Source: Sulfurimonas sp. (GTDB lineage Bacteria; Campylobacterota; Campylobacteria; Campylobacterales; Sulfurimonadaceae). From it: a DNA stretch of 64,000 bases. The stretch covers positions 4,343-68,342 of the forward strand of contig JAMORO010000064.1 of NCBI GenBank assembly GCA_027063505.1, written 5' to 3'. The notes beneath the pieces were generated by a model that saw only the letters and a list, made by a program, of their open reading frames with translations, did no database searches and was not told the origin of the DNA. Below are positions 1 to 9,061 of this stretch, piece by piece (the stretch's first letter is position 1; each line of letters starts with the position of its first letter). The translations under genes were made by a program, and so were the position numbers.

Positions 1-1093
1 TGTTTTTGGAATGTCACATGATCAGATAAAACGTGAAATTATGGATAAATACATCTTTATTAATCGCTTATCAGAACAACTTCAAGACTTAATTATGGGT
101 ATGCGAATGTTACCTATCTCTTATGTATTTGACCGTTATCCTAAACTTGTTCGTGATATCGCAAAAACTTTAAATAAAAAAGTAAAACTTGAGATGATTG
201 GTGGGGAGACTAAGTTAGATAAAAATATGATTGAGATGCTTGCTGATCCAATGATTCATATTATGAGAAACTCACTTGATCATGGAATAGAGATGCCAGA
301 TGTTCGTGAGCAAAAAGGAAAAAACCCTATAGGAATAGTTTCATTAAACGCTTATGCTCAGTCAGATAGAATTATCATTGAGATTACTGATGATGGAGCA
401 GGGATTAATGTTGAGAGAGTTGCAAGTAAGGTTCTAGAAAAAGGTCTTATGACACCAGATCAGATTGATGCACTGAGTGAAAAAGAGATGGCTGAACTAG
501 TGTTACTTCCAGGTCTTTCAACTGCAGAAGAGATTACAGAATTTAGTGGCCGTGGTGTTGGTATGGATGTTGTGAAAAAATCTATAGAGAGTTTTGGTGG
601 AAGTATTGGGATAACAACAAAAGCAAATGAAGGTACGGTTATTACTTTAGCAATACCGATGTCATTAGCAGTTACTTCTCTTCTTCATATTGAGATGAAC
701 TCTATTCATTATGGTATTCCTATGGATAGTGTCTCAGAAACTGTAAAAATTGAGCATAACGAGATAGAGTATCTTCATAATGAACCGTTTGTATATATAA
801 GAGGGGATGTTATTCCTCTCTTATTTATAAAAAGTATGTTAAATGAAGAGAATATGACTGATAAACCTCTCTCTATTGTTGTATTAAATATTAAAGATAA
901 TTTATTAGCAGTAGTTGTAAATGAGTTTCTTGGACAACTCGATGTAGTTCAAAAACCACTTGTTGGAATAATGGAAGGACATCCTCTCTTTAGCGGAACT
1001 GCACTTCTTGGAAATGGACAAATAATTATGGCTATGGATCCATTAGGACTTTTAGGTATCAGTAAGAAACTTAAAGAAGAGATACAGTTATGA
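1..1093 (+). CDS. cheA: Chemotaxis histidine kinase CheA, 5'-truncated by window edge (dimerisation, HATPase and CheW-like domains; no C-terminal receiver)
   Basis: Frame is open from base 2 into the ORF at 11. Motifs RMLPISYVFDRYPKLVRDIA, HIMRNSLDHGIE, DDGAGI, GRGVGMDVVK and a C-terminal CheW-like domain (SGTALLGNG). Confidence 0.95.
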   Translation, partial: VFGMSHDQIKREIMDKYIFINRLSEQLQDLIMGMRMLPISYVFDRYPKLVRDIAKTLNKKVKLEMIGGETKLDKNMIEMLADPMIHIMRNSLDHGIEMPDVREQKGKNPIGIVSLNAYAQSDRIIIEITDDGAGINVERVASKVLEKGLMTPDQIDALSEKEMAELVLLPGLSTAEEITEFSGRGVGMDVVKKSIESFGGSIGITTKANEGTVITLAIPMSLAVTSLLHIEMNSIHYGIPMDSVSETVKIEHNEIEYLHNEPFVYIRGDVIPLLFIKSMLNEENMTDKPLSIVVLNIKDNLLAVVVNEFLGQLDVVQKPLVGIMEGHPLFSGTALLGNGQIIMAMDPLGLLGISKKLKEEIQL

Positions 1094-1854
1094 TAGATTT
1101 AATAGTATTTAGTGTCGGTGATAATAAATATGCTATGGATATAGAGTATGTGCAACGTATAATCCAAGCAAAAGGTTTAACAAGTATTCCTAATGCCCAT
1201 ATTTACCTTGATGGAATGATGTCTTATGAAGATAAAGTAATTAAAGTTTTAAATTTTCGTAAGCTTATAGGTATGACTACTTATGAAGATGAGTTAGATG
1301 CGCTTTTTAACTCTTTAGTTAAAGCACATGCTGCTTGGGTAGATGCACTTCGTGTCTCTTTAGAAACAGGATCTGAGTTTACAAAAACATTTGACCCTCA
1401 TGCTTGTGGTTTAGGAAAATGGATAGACTCTTTTACTGCCTATGATGATCATGTTTTAGAAGTTTTAAATGAATTAGTTGAGTATCATAAGCAGCTTCAC
1501 ATTACGGGTGGTATGGCTTATGATATAAGAGCAGATGATAGGGAAAAAGCACTAGAAATATTTAATGTTGATATAATGAATATCTATCAACATACAATGG
1601 GTGCATTAGAAATATTTATAAATGAGTTAGATATTGTAGCTGACTCATTACAGAAATTTCTTATTTATGAGAACAGTGGTTCTGTTTTTGCAATAAAAGT
1701 TGATGCAATAGAAGATATAGCACATGTTCAAGAGAGTGAGTTTACAAACATTAGTGGAGAGAATGAAACAAGCGAATTCTTGGATTTAGATGGAGTGCTT
1801 GACTTTAAAGGTGTTTTAATAAATGTTATTAAAACAGTAAAACTACCTAAGTAA
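1090..1854 (+). CDS. cheW: CheW-family coupling protein with an inserted CZB zinc-binding domain
   Basis: CheW N-half (LIVFSVGDNKYAMDIEYVQRII...IPNA...LDGMM) and C-half (VFAIKVDAIEDI) flank HAAW...HACGLGKW...HKQLH. ATGA overlap with cheA. Confidence 0.85.
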   Translation: MIDLIVFSVGDNKYAMDIEYVQRIIQAKGLTSIPNAHIYLDGMMSYEDKVIKVLNFRKLIGMTTYEDELDALFNSLVKAHAAWVDALRVSLETGSEFTKTFDPHACGLGKWIDSFTAYDDHVLEVLNELVEYHKQLHITGGMAYDIRADDREKALEIFNVDIMNIYQHTMGALEIFINELDIVADSLQKFLIYENSGSVFAIKVDAIEDIAHVQESEFTNISGENETSEFLDLDGVLDFKGVLINVIKTVKLPK

Positions 1855-1864
1855 AGGGGATAGA

Positions 1865-2137
1865 ATGTCGATTACATATGAAAATAATGAAGCAAATTTT
1901 ACATCAGTAATTTATGAAGATGAGGTCGTCTCATTTAGAGATTTTTTACAAGAGAAAGCTGGTGAAGAAGTTTCTATTAAATTTACAGAGTGCGAAGATA
2001 TACATTTTGCAATTATTCAACTTATTATGGCATATAAAAAGAGTTATAGCTGTAGTTATGTTTTTGGAGAGAAAAAGAGATTGTATCAAACTGTTTTAGA
2101 AGGATTTACAACTAGTGAAAACTATTGTAGTAAGTAA
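1865..2137 (+). CDS. Small STAS-like protein
   Basis: 90 aa with a GGGGA ribosome-binding site. VSIKFTECEDIHFAIIQLIMAYKK resembles the STAS core hDhsxvxxhDsaglQlLl. Confidence 0.55.
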   Translation: MSITYENNEANFTSVIYEDEVVSFRDFLQEKAGEEVSIKFTECEDIHFAIIQLIMAYKKSYSCSYVFGEKKRLYQTVLEGFTTSENYCSK

Positions 2138-2855
2138 TCGAAAAGGAGGCTCTGCAAAGACAACAACTGCTGTTAATATTGCAAGTGGTTTAGCAAAGCA
2201 TGGTTCAGTCCTTTTACTTGATTTTGATACACAAGGGCATGCTTCTATAGGGGTAGGGTGCGAACCAGATGAAAATATAGGAGTTCACTCTATCTTTGAT
2301 GGTTCTACTCTTAGTGAGACATTTATACCCACTGTACATGAAAATCTTACTCTCTCTCCTGCATTAGTAAATTTTGATGTATATGAGTATGCTGACTTAA
2401 GAGGGATACTTAAAAATCGATTTAAACGTGAAAAGATAGCAGATTTTTTTGACTACTGTGTCATAGATACTCCTCCTACTTTTGATGCACTGTTGAAAAA
2501 TTCTCTCGAAGTTGCAGATAGTGTAGTCATTCCTTTTGTGCCACATCATTTAGGTGTTGTTGCTGTTGGACAGATGCTTCGAGCACTTTATCAAAGTGCT
2601 AAAGTACAGGAGAGAGAGATTGCAGATGTATCTATTCTCCCCGTAATGTATAATCCTCATATTAATGAGCACAAAGAATCTGTTGAAAAAGTAAAAATAT
2701 CTTTTGGTAAAGAGAAACTCTTAAAACCAATAGGTGTAGATATTAAGCTTGCACAACAGTTTGAATCTGGAAAACCTATTATCTTAGATGTAAAGAGATC
2801 TAAGGGAATGAAAGATTACAAACAGTGTGTTGATGACCTATTAAAAAGAATTTAA
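2115..2855 (+). CDS. ParA/Soj-family ATPase inside the chemosensory cluster
   Basis: Deviant Walker A NRKGGSAKTTT, DFDTQG, DTPP. GTG start overlapping the STAS gene. Confidence 0.9.
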   Translation: MKTIVVSNRKGGSAKTTTAVNIASGLAKHGSVLLLDFDTQGHASIGVGCEPDENIGVHSIFDGSTLSETFIPTVHENLTLSPALVNFDVYEYADLRGILKNRFKREKIADFFDYCVIDTPPTFDALLKNSLEVADSVVIPFVPHHLGVVAVGQMLRALYQSAKVQEREIADVSILPVMYNPHINEHKESVEKVKISFGKEKLLKPIGVDIKLAQQFESGKPIILDVKRSKGMKDYKQCVDDLLKRI

Positions 2856-2856
2856 G

Positions 2857-4365
2857 ATGCAAGAAGTACAGAAACTAAAAATTCTTGCGTGTGAAGCAGA
2901 TATAAGAATTTTAAGTCGACTAGAGTCTTGGATTTTAGCAATAAACCATGATGTGATTATTACTAGCGATGGAGTTGCTGCTTTAGAGGTATTTAAAAAT
3001 GAGAAGCCAGATATAGTACTCCTTTCGCAAGAACTTAAAAATATGGGTGGACTTGAGCTTTTAGCAAGTATAAAAGAAGTTGTTCCTACTCAAGCAACAA
3101 TCTTGATGCTTGGTGATAATGATATGAGTATTTTTAAACGTACTATTGAACTTCAAGTTGATAAATACTTAAATAAACCCATTGAAGCAAAATATCTGTT
3201 TCAAGCAGTCGATAGTCTCTCTGAAGAGAAGATTTGGCATAAAGAGTTTCGCACACAGAAGAAAGAACTCCAAGATTATAAAGATGCGATAGATCTCTCT
3301 TTTAGTGTTTCTCAACATGATAAAAATGGAAATATAATCTATGTAAATGATCTTTTCTGTGCAACTACGAAACTAGAGTATTCTGACGCAATGGCAGGAA
3401 TAATCAATCCTTTAAATAATCCTAACACAGATATGAAAGTAGTATGGGATGTATTAGAAAAGGAGTTTATCTATAGAGGAAGACAAATCTTTAAATCATC
3501 GAATGGTGAAGAACATATTATTGATATAACAGCGGTTGCATTAAGAGATGAAGAGAATGAAGTATATGAGTATCTTGTTTTTTCAGATGATGTGAGTGAT
3601 ATTATATATGCTGCACGTAAAATTAAAGATCAAGAACTTGACAATAGACTTGAAAAACTTAATCATGCAAGAGAACTTAATAAAGTAAAAGACTCTTTTT
3701 TAACTGTTTTTACACATGAACTTAAGACACCTCTTAATGCAATTATTAATTTTTCAGAGTATGTAGGGAAACATCTTGCAAGAGAAGATTTAAAAAAAAG
3801 AGATAGACTCTTATCTCAAGTAGAAGAGATCAATAAAAGTGGCCACTTCATGCTTGGTATGATTTCAAATCTTATGGATGCTATAAAATTTAGAGATTTA
3901 AAGATAGAGCTTAAGGTAAAACAGATAAATATTGTAAATATTATAGAAAATTCCATTCTCTATAATAAAAAAAATGAATATGATATAAAAGTGATTTTTG
4001 AAAAGAGAGAGGATGTGATTGTTTTTTCAGATCCTGAATATTTTTTAAGTATTTGTAATCATTTACTATCAAATGCTATGAAATATGCTGCAAAAACAGT
4101 GAAAATAAGATTAGTTCAAGAGAATGATGTATGTAGTATTATAATAGAAGATGATGGAGTTGGCTTTAGTAATACTGAACATGTGTTTGAGTTGTTCGAG
4201 CAAGATGATACTGATAGTCTAACCCGAAATGCGACAGGTACAGGTGTTGGGCTTTACATAGTTAAGAAACTTTGTGATAGAATGTCTTACAATTTAGAGT
4301 TACTCTCTAGTGAAGAATTAGGTGGGGCAAAAGTAATCTTAAAAGTCAAAATGGATATTAGATAA
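2857..4365 (+). CDS. Cytoplasmic hybrid histidine kinase (pseudo-REC, PAS, HisKA, HATPase)
   Basis: H-box FTHELKTPLNAI, N-box LLSNAMKY, G1 IEDDGVGF, G2 GTGVGL; PAS-like DKNGNIIYVNDLFC; REC-fold N-terminus; no hydrophobic span seen. Confidence 0.9.
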   Translation: MQEVQKLKILACEADIRILSRLESWILAINHDVIITSDGVAALEVFKNEKPDIVLLSQELKNMGGLELLASIKEVVPTQATILMLGDNDMSIFKRTIELQVDKYLNKPIEAKYLFQAVDSLSEEKIWHKEFRTQKKELQDYKDAIDLSFSVSQHDKNGNIIYVNDLFCATTKLEYSDAMAGIINPLNNPNTDMKVVWDVLEKEFIYRGRQIFKSSNGEEHIIDITAVALRDEENEVYEYLVFSDDVSDIIYAARKIKDQELDNRLEKLNHARELNKVKDSFLTVFTHELKTPLNAIINFSEYVGKHLAREDLKKRDRLLSQVEEINKSGHFMLGMISNLMDAIKFRDLKIELKVKQINIVNIIENSILYNKKNEYDIKVIFEKREDVIVFSDPEYFLSICNHLLSNAMKYAAKTVKIRLVQENDVCSIIIEDDGVGFSNTEHVFELFEQDDTDSLTRNATGTGVGLYIVKKLCDRMSYNLELLSSEELGGAKVILKVKMDIR

Positions 4366-5721
4366 ATGAATATACTTATAGTTGATGATAATAAAAACAA
4401 TAGAATGATCTTACAACTTCTTTTAGAAGATTATATGGAAGATAATGAACTTGATGGAATAGAATTTCTTATAGATGAAGCCTCTGATGGCCTTGAAGCT
4501 ATTCGTAAAACAGATGAAAAAGAGTATGATATTGTTTTTATGGACATTATGATGCCAAACATGGATGGAATTGAAGCAACAAAGCGAATTCGTCAAAAAC
4601 ATAATAAACTACTTATTATTACAGTAAGTGCAGTTGATGATTCAGAAAGACAGAAAGAGATACTTAGTAATGGTGCGGAAGATTATATTTCAAAACCTGT
4701 AAATTCTGATATCTTTAATAGCCGTATGGCAAACTACTTAACACTAATTCACTCAAGACACAAAAAAAAATTACTGAACATAGAGATTATTAAAGTAGTT
4801 AATATCTTTACAAATGATATTTATAGTAGATATACAAACTTTATACTCTCTTCAGAAGATGCTCTCTCTGAACTTTGGGAATATTACCTTTTAGATTTAG
4901 AAAATAAATGTGAAAACTTAAGTGATGTGATTCGAATGGTATTCTCAATTGCTGAAGTACAATTAAAATTGGAGATGGATAGTAATCTTTTTGTTGAAGA
5001 ATCAGAAAATTTTAAATATTTTACAGTTACAAACATTACTGATGTACCAGCAGCCATTATACAGTTGTTACTGAAAAAAAATGAGATTAAATGTGAGTAT
5101 AAAATTGAAAATGATAAGATCTCTTTTAAACTTGTAAAACAGATGGAAAATTTTACAGCATTAGAGGAGCCTATTACTCTTCTAAATAATTCTCCTATTT
5201 CAGCAGAACCTAAAGAGACAATACCTTCTTTTGAAAACTCTTCTTTATCATTAGATTATGCGTCAACACAGTTAGAAGTATTTGACTATATCGAGTCTTA
5301 TGATATGGAAGATATGGAAGAGTATGCTAAGCGACTTCGTTCTTTAATGCTTATTGTTGGAAGTGGTAATGTAAGTGAAGATGAAGTTGTTGAGATATAT
5401 ACCTATATAGAAAAAATCGGAGCTATCCTCTCTGGTTACTCAGAAGTGTATCCTATATCTACCGCATTAAGTGCACTAGCATCTGATATGTCAGCACATA
5501 CCGTTGAATTTATAGAAAATTCGGAAGCACTTGGACCAATGTGTGCCGCATTTAGTAAAGATCTCTCAAACTGGATAGAGCAGTCTTTTTATACAGGGGC
5601 ACCAAGTATAGACTTTATGAATGATACGATAGTTGTAAATTGTCAAACAATAGGAGGGATGCTTAAAATGGATGAAGCACCTGCTGATAGTGATGATTTT
5701 GATGATATATTTGATTTTTAG
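4366..5721 (+). CDS. Response regulator: intact REC plus unrecognised central and C-terminal domains
   Basis: ILIVDD, VFMDIMMP, ITVSA, YISKP. C-terminus ends DDFDDIFDF. Confidence 0.85.
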   Translation: MNILIVDDNKNNRMILQLLLEDYMEDNELDGIEFLIDEASDGLEAIRKTDEKEYDIVFMDIMMPNMDGIEATKRIRQKHNKLLIITVSAVDDSERQKEILSNGAEDYISKPVNSDIFNSRMANYLTLIHSRHKKKLLNIEIIKVVNIFTNDIYSRYTNFILSSEDALSELWEYYLLDLENKCENLSDVIRMVFSIAEVQLKLEMDSNLFVEESENFKYFTVTNITDVPAAIIQLLLKKNEIKCEYKIENDKISFKLVKQMENFTALEEPITLLNNSPISAEPKETIPSFENSSLSLDYASTQLEVFDYIESYDMEDMEEYAKRLRSLMLIVGSGNVSEDEVVEIYTYIEKIGAILSGYSEVYPISTALSALASDMSAHTVEFIENSEALGPMCAAFSKDLSNWIEQSFYTGAPSIDFMNDTIVVNCQTIGGMLKMDEAPADSDDFDDIFDF

Positions 5722-5732
5722 AAGGAGTTTTT

Positions 5733-5939
5733 ATGTATAAAGTAAATGTTATGAATCCATGTAGCTGTTTTGTAAAGAATGGTTTTGTTAATGAACAAGA
5801 GTTTAAAGAGAAAGAAGAAGCAAAAACGGAGGCTCAATTCCTTATGGAAACAATGCAAACAAAATTTTGTAAAAAGCATGACTTCTCTATGATAGAACAG
5901 TTTGGTAACTATACTATCTATATAAAACCTAGGAGCTAG
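5733..5939 (+). CDS. Small hypothetical protein with CxC and CxxH motifs
   Basis: 68 aa, AGGAG ribosome-binding site at good spacing, NPCSCF...FCKKH. Confidence 0.75.
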   Translation: MYKVNVMNPCSCFVKNGFVNEQEFKEKEEAKTEAQFLMETMQTKFCKKHDFSMIEQFGNYTIYIKPRS

Positions 5940-6652
5940 AGAAAAATCTCTATAGCTCTTTGCAAATCTTCTATCGTGTCTATTCCAAAGCCAGTACTGG
6001 CAACTTTTACCATCGCTATATTTTTTTGATGGTAAATTGCTCGGAGTTGCTCTAGCTTTTCTATATCTTCAATAGGTGCATCTTTTAATGAACAGAACTC
6101 TTTTAGACTCTTTTTCGAGAAACCATATATTCCAATATGTCCGAAATATTTTGCACCGCCACCTTGGTTGTATGGAATAGCAGAACGTGAAAAGTAGATA
6201 GCATTATCTGCATCATTAAGTACTACTTTAACTAAGTTAGGATCTTGTGCTGCATCAGCATTTATGGCATTGTAACAACTTCCCATAATAAAAGGCTCAT
6301 CTATATTTTGCAGTGATTTTAACTTTCTCATTAGTGATTCAACAACATCAGGTTCTATAAAAGGTTCGTCAGCTTGAACATTAATAATAAGTTCATTATC
6401 ATCAAGTTTAAGAATGGTTGCACATTCGTGAATACGATCTGTACCACTTTTATGTGTAGTCGATGTAAGCATCGCCTCCACACCATAGCTTTTACAAACT
6501 TCAATGATCTTTTCATCATCAGCTGCTACAACAACTCTATCTAAATGTGCTACTCTTTTTGCAGTCCTAACAACCATTGGAAGTCCCCCAATGTCAGCTA
6601 GAACTTTTTGAGGAAATCTTGTGGATGCTAAACGTGCAGGAATAATAATCAT
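5936..6652 (-). CDS. kdsB: 3-deoxy-manno-octulosonate cytidylyltransferase (CMP-Kdo synthetase)
   Basis: IIIPARLASTRFPQKVL, SGTDR, NVQADEP, HIGIYG, EKLEQLR. Confidence 0.97.
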   Translation of the reverse strand: MIIIPARLASTRFPQKVLADIGGLPMVVRTAKRVAHLDRVVVAADDEKIIEVCKSYGVEAMLTSTTHKSGTDRIHECATILKLDDNELIINVQADEPFIEPDVVESLMRKLKSLQNIDEPFIMGSCYNAINADAAQDPNLVKVVLNDADNAIYFSRSAIPYNQGGGAKYFGHIGIYGFSKKSLKEFCSLKDAPIEDIEKLEQLRAIYHQKNIAMVKVASTGFGIDTIEDLQRAIEIFL

Positions 6653-6670
6653 AATTTAATGCCTCTTTGA

Positions 6671-6688
6671 TATAATTACGAAATTATA
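6671..6688. promoter_or_regulatory. Overlapping divergent sigma70 -10 boxes for the trmN6-like gene (+) and kdsB (-)
   Basis: TATAAT at 6671-6676 (+) and ATTATA (TATAAT on minus) at 6683-6688 in a 71-bp divergent gap. Confidence 0.45.
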
Positions 6689-6723
6689 TCTAAACAAATT
6701 TATAAAAGGTCTTTATTTATCCT

Positions 6724-7419
6724 ATGACACTCTATCAGCCTGAATCTGGTTACTGTTATAACAGTGACTCTCTATTCCTACACGATTTTATTAATAGTTT
6801 CTCTCCTAAGGGAAGAGTTCTTGATGTTGGAGCAGGCTGTGGAATAGTTGGGTTGTTAGTGGCAAGAGATAATAAAAAAGTAGTGATTGAAGCTGTTGAA
6901 AAACAAGAAGCTTTTATCGCATATGCAAAGAAAAACGCTATCGAAAATGCTATTGGTTATAAACTCTATGAAGTGGATTTTTTAGCATTAGAGGTAGTTG
7001 AAAAGTATGACTATATCATTTCAAATCCTCCTTTTTATCCATTAGGTGCTAGAAAAAGTGAGAATGAGATGCTTATTCATGCTCGTTACAACACCTCCCT
7101 ACCTATGCATTCATTTTTTAAAAAAGTATCACAGCTTTTAAAGCCACAAGCACATTTTATTTTTTGTTATGATGCAACACAGTTTGGGCTTATCTGTAGT
7201 GAACTTGAAAAGGTAAAAATGCGAGTAGTAGATGTTAAATTTGTACACTCAAAAGTTGATAAGCCTGCCTCCCTTGTTTTAGTACATGCAAGGAATAGTT
7301 CAAAGTCTATGATGAGAGTTTTAGCACCTACTTTTAATTTTATAGGTAGTGAGTACTCAAAAGAGGCTGAAAAGATTTTTAAAAATGCAAACACAGAGAG
7401 TATAAAATGTCAACTATAA
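6724..7419 (+). CDS. tRNA1(Val) A37 N6-methyltransferase family (TrmN6/YfiC-like)
   Basis: YQPESGYCYNSDS, SAM motif LDVGAGCG, ISNPPFY. Confidence 0.85.
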   Translation: MTLYQPESGYCYNSDSLFLHDFINSFSPKGRVLDVGAGCGIVGLLVARDNKKVVIEAVEKQEAFIAYAKKNAIENAIGYKLYEVDFLALEVVEKYDYIISNPPFYPLGARKSENEMLIHARYNTSLPMHSFFKKVSQLLKPQAHFIFCYDATQFGLICSELEKVKMRVVDVKFVHSKVDKPASLVLVHARNSSKSMMRVLAPTFNFIGSEYSKEAEKIFKNANTESIKCQL

Positions 7420-7787
7420 TAAAAAAAGAGGGTTATCCTTATGTCTTTAATCAGGATGCCTGTTCGACTTGTGAGGGAAGATGTTGTACGGGAGAGAGTG
7501 GATACATCTATGTAAGTAAAGATGAGATATTTAAAATAGCAGCACTTTTAAATCTAAGTGTTAATGATTTTGGAGTAAAATATCTCTTTAAAAATGGTTA
7601 TAAATACTCTATAAAAGAGCACAAACATGGGGACTCTTATGAGTGTGTTTTTTACGATAGAGAGACAAATGGCTGTAAAATTTATGAGGCACGACCATCA
7701 CAGTGTATAACTTTTCCCTTTTGGGATTATTTCAAGACACGAGTAGATGAGTTAAAAGAAGAGTGCCCTGGGATAATTGATGATTAA
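7407..7787 (+). CDS. YkgJ-family cysteine-cluster protein (putative Zn/Fe-S)
   Basis: CSTCEGRCC, CVFY, CKIYEARPSQCITFPFW, ECPG. Confidence 0.88.
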   Translation: MSTIIKKEGYPYVFNQDACSTCEGRCCTGESGYIYVSKDEIFKIAALLNLSVNDFGVKYLFKNGYKYSIKEHKHGDSYECVFYDRETNGCKIYEARPSQCITFPFWDYFKTRVDELKEECPGIIDD

Positions 7788-9060
7788 AATAGTTCTATTA
7801 CTTGTTATATCTCTTTTTTTTGTGTCATGTTCACAACAAGAGCCTACACCAAGAGGCATTAATAAGAAAGCTTTTGCTGAAGAAGATACTTATATCTTAT
7901 TTGCTTTAAGAGCAGAACAGATACAAGATCATAAAACAGCATCAGATCTTTTTATGACACTCTATGTAAAATCAGATAAAAAAGAGTATCTTTATCGCTC
8001 ATTTGAGAATGATTTGATTGCAAAAAAATATAAAAAAGTTATAGAACGGGTAGATATTCTATCTAAAGATGAACCTTTTGACGCTTTTTTAACTCGTTTT
8101 AAAGTTGTTTCCCTTTTTGAATTAGGAGAGCTTGATAAAGCAATAAATCTCTCTGTTACATTGGCGGCAACTACAAAAGATCCACAAGATTATCTTTTAA
8201 CAAGTGATATCTATGTAAAACAACATGAGTATGACCTCGCTGTTCGGTATCTTGAGAGTGCTTATGTGAAAGAGCATAATGCAAAGATTTTAGATAAAAT
8301 GTCGATAGTTCTATATGTTAACTTGAACCGTAAAAAGGAAGCTATCGCACATCTGGAGACACACTCTAGAATGCTTGGATGTTCAAAGTTAGTCTGTTCT
8401 AGATTAATAGCATTTTATAGTAATGAGAATGATATAGAGGGTTTATTAGGGACTTATTTACGCCTTTATGAGGTTGAAAAAACAGATAAAATAGCAAAGA
8501 AGATTATTCAAATATATACATATAAACAAGACTATATGTCATTAATGAGTTTTTTAGAGAAATCTAAAGCGGATAATGCTGTGTTACTACAACTTTATGC
8601 TTCTACAAAGAATTATGAAAAGGCATACCCTTTAGCAGATATACTTTATGAAGAGAGTTCTGATCCAGAGTATGTAGGCCAAAGTGCTATATTTGAGTAT
8701 GAGAGTGCCGTAGATAAAAATAGTACAACTATGCTTTTAAGTGTAGTATCAAAGTTAGAGAGTGCTATAAGTAGTGAAAAAAAACCCATTTACTTAAACT
8801 ACTTGGGATATATTTTGATAGATCATGAGTTAGATGTTTTAAAAGGAATCAAATATATTAAAGAAGTTTTACTCTTAAGACCAGATTCTGCTTACTATCT
8901 TGATTCACTTGCTTGGGGATATTATAAACTTGGAAAATGTAAAAAGGCTAAGGACGTAATGAATGAAGTTATAAGACTAGAGGGTTCGGATGAGCCTGAA
9001 GTACTTTTACACATAGATGCAATAGATAGATGTAATAAAAAAAAGAAAGGTAAGAAATAA
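7777..9060 (+). CDS. Tetratricopeptide-repeat lipoprotein
   Basis: Lipobox LFFVSC; TPR-like [11 protein letters not shown] and [13 protein letters not shown]. Confidence 0.8.
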   Translation: MMIKIVLLLVISLFFVSCSQQEPTPRGINKKAFAEEDTYILFALRAEQIQDHKTASDLFMTLYVKSDKKEYLYRSFENDLIAKKYKKVIERVDILSKDEPFDAFLTRFKVVSLFELGELDKAINLSVTLAATTKDPQDYLLTSDIYVKQHEYDLAVRYLESAYVKEHNAKILDKMSIVLYVNLNRKKEAIAHLETHSRMLGCSKLVCSRLIAFYSNENDIEGLLGTYLRLYEVEKTDKIAKKIIQIYTYKQDYMSLMSFLEKSKADNAVLLQLYASTKNYEKAYPLADILYEESSDPEYVGQSAIFEYESAVDKNSTTMLLSVVSKLESAISSEKKPIYLNYLGYILIDHELDVLKGIKYIKEVLLLRPDSAYYLDSLAWGYYKLGKCKKAKDVMNEVIRLEGSDEPEVLLHIDAIDRCNKKKKGKK

Positions 9061-9061
9061 G

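Noticed and set aside
4762-4770. A9 homopolymer (also at 29310-29318) as a phase-variation tract
   Set aside because: In-frame Lys codons in an AT-rich genome; I saw no long poly-G/C tract of the Campylobacter contingency type.
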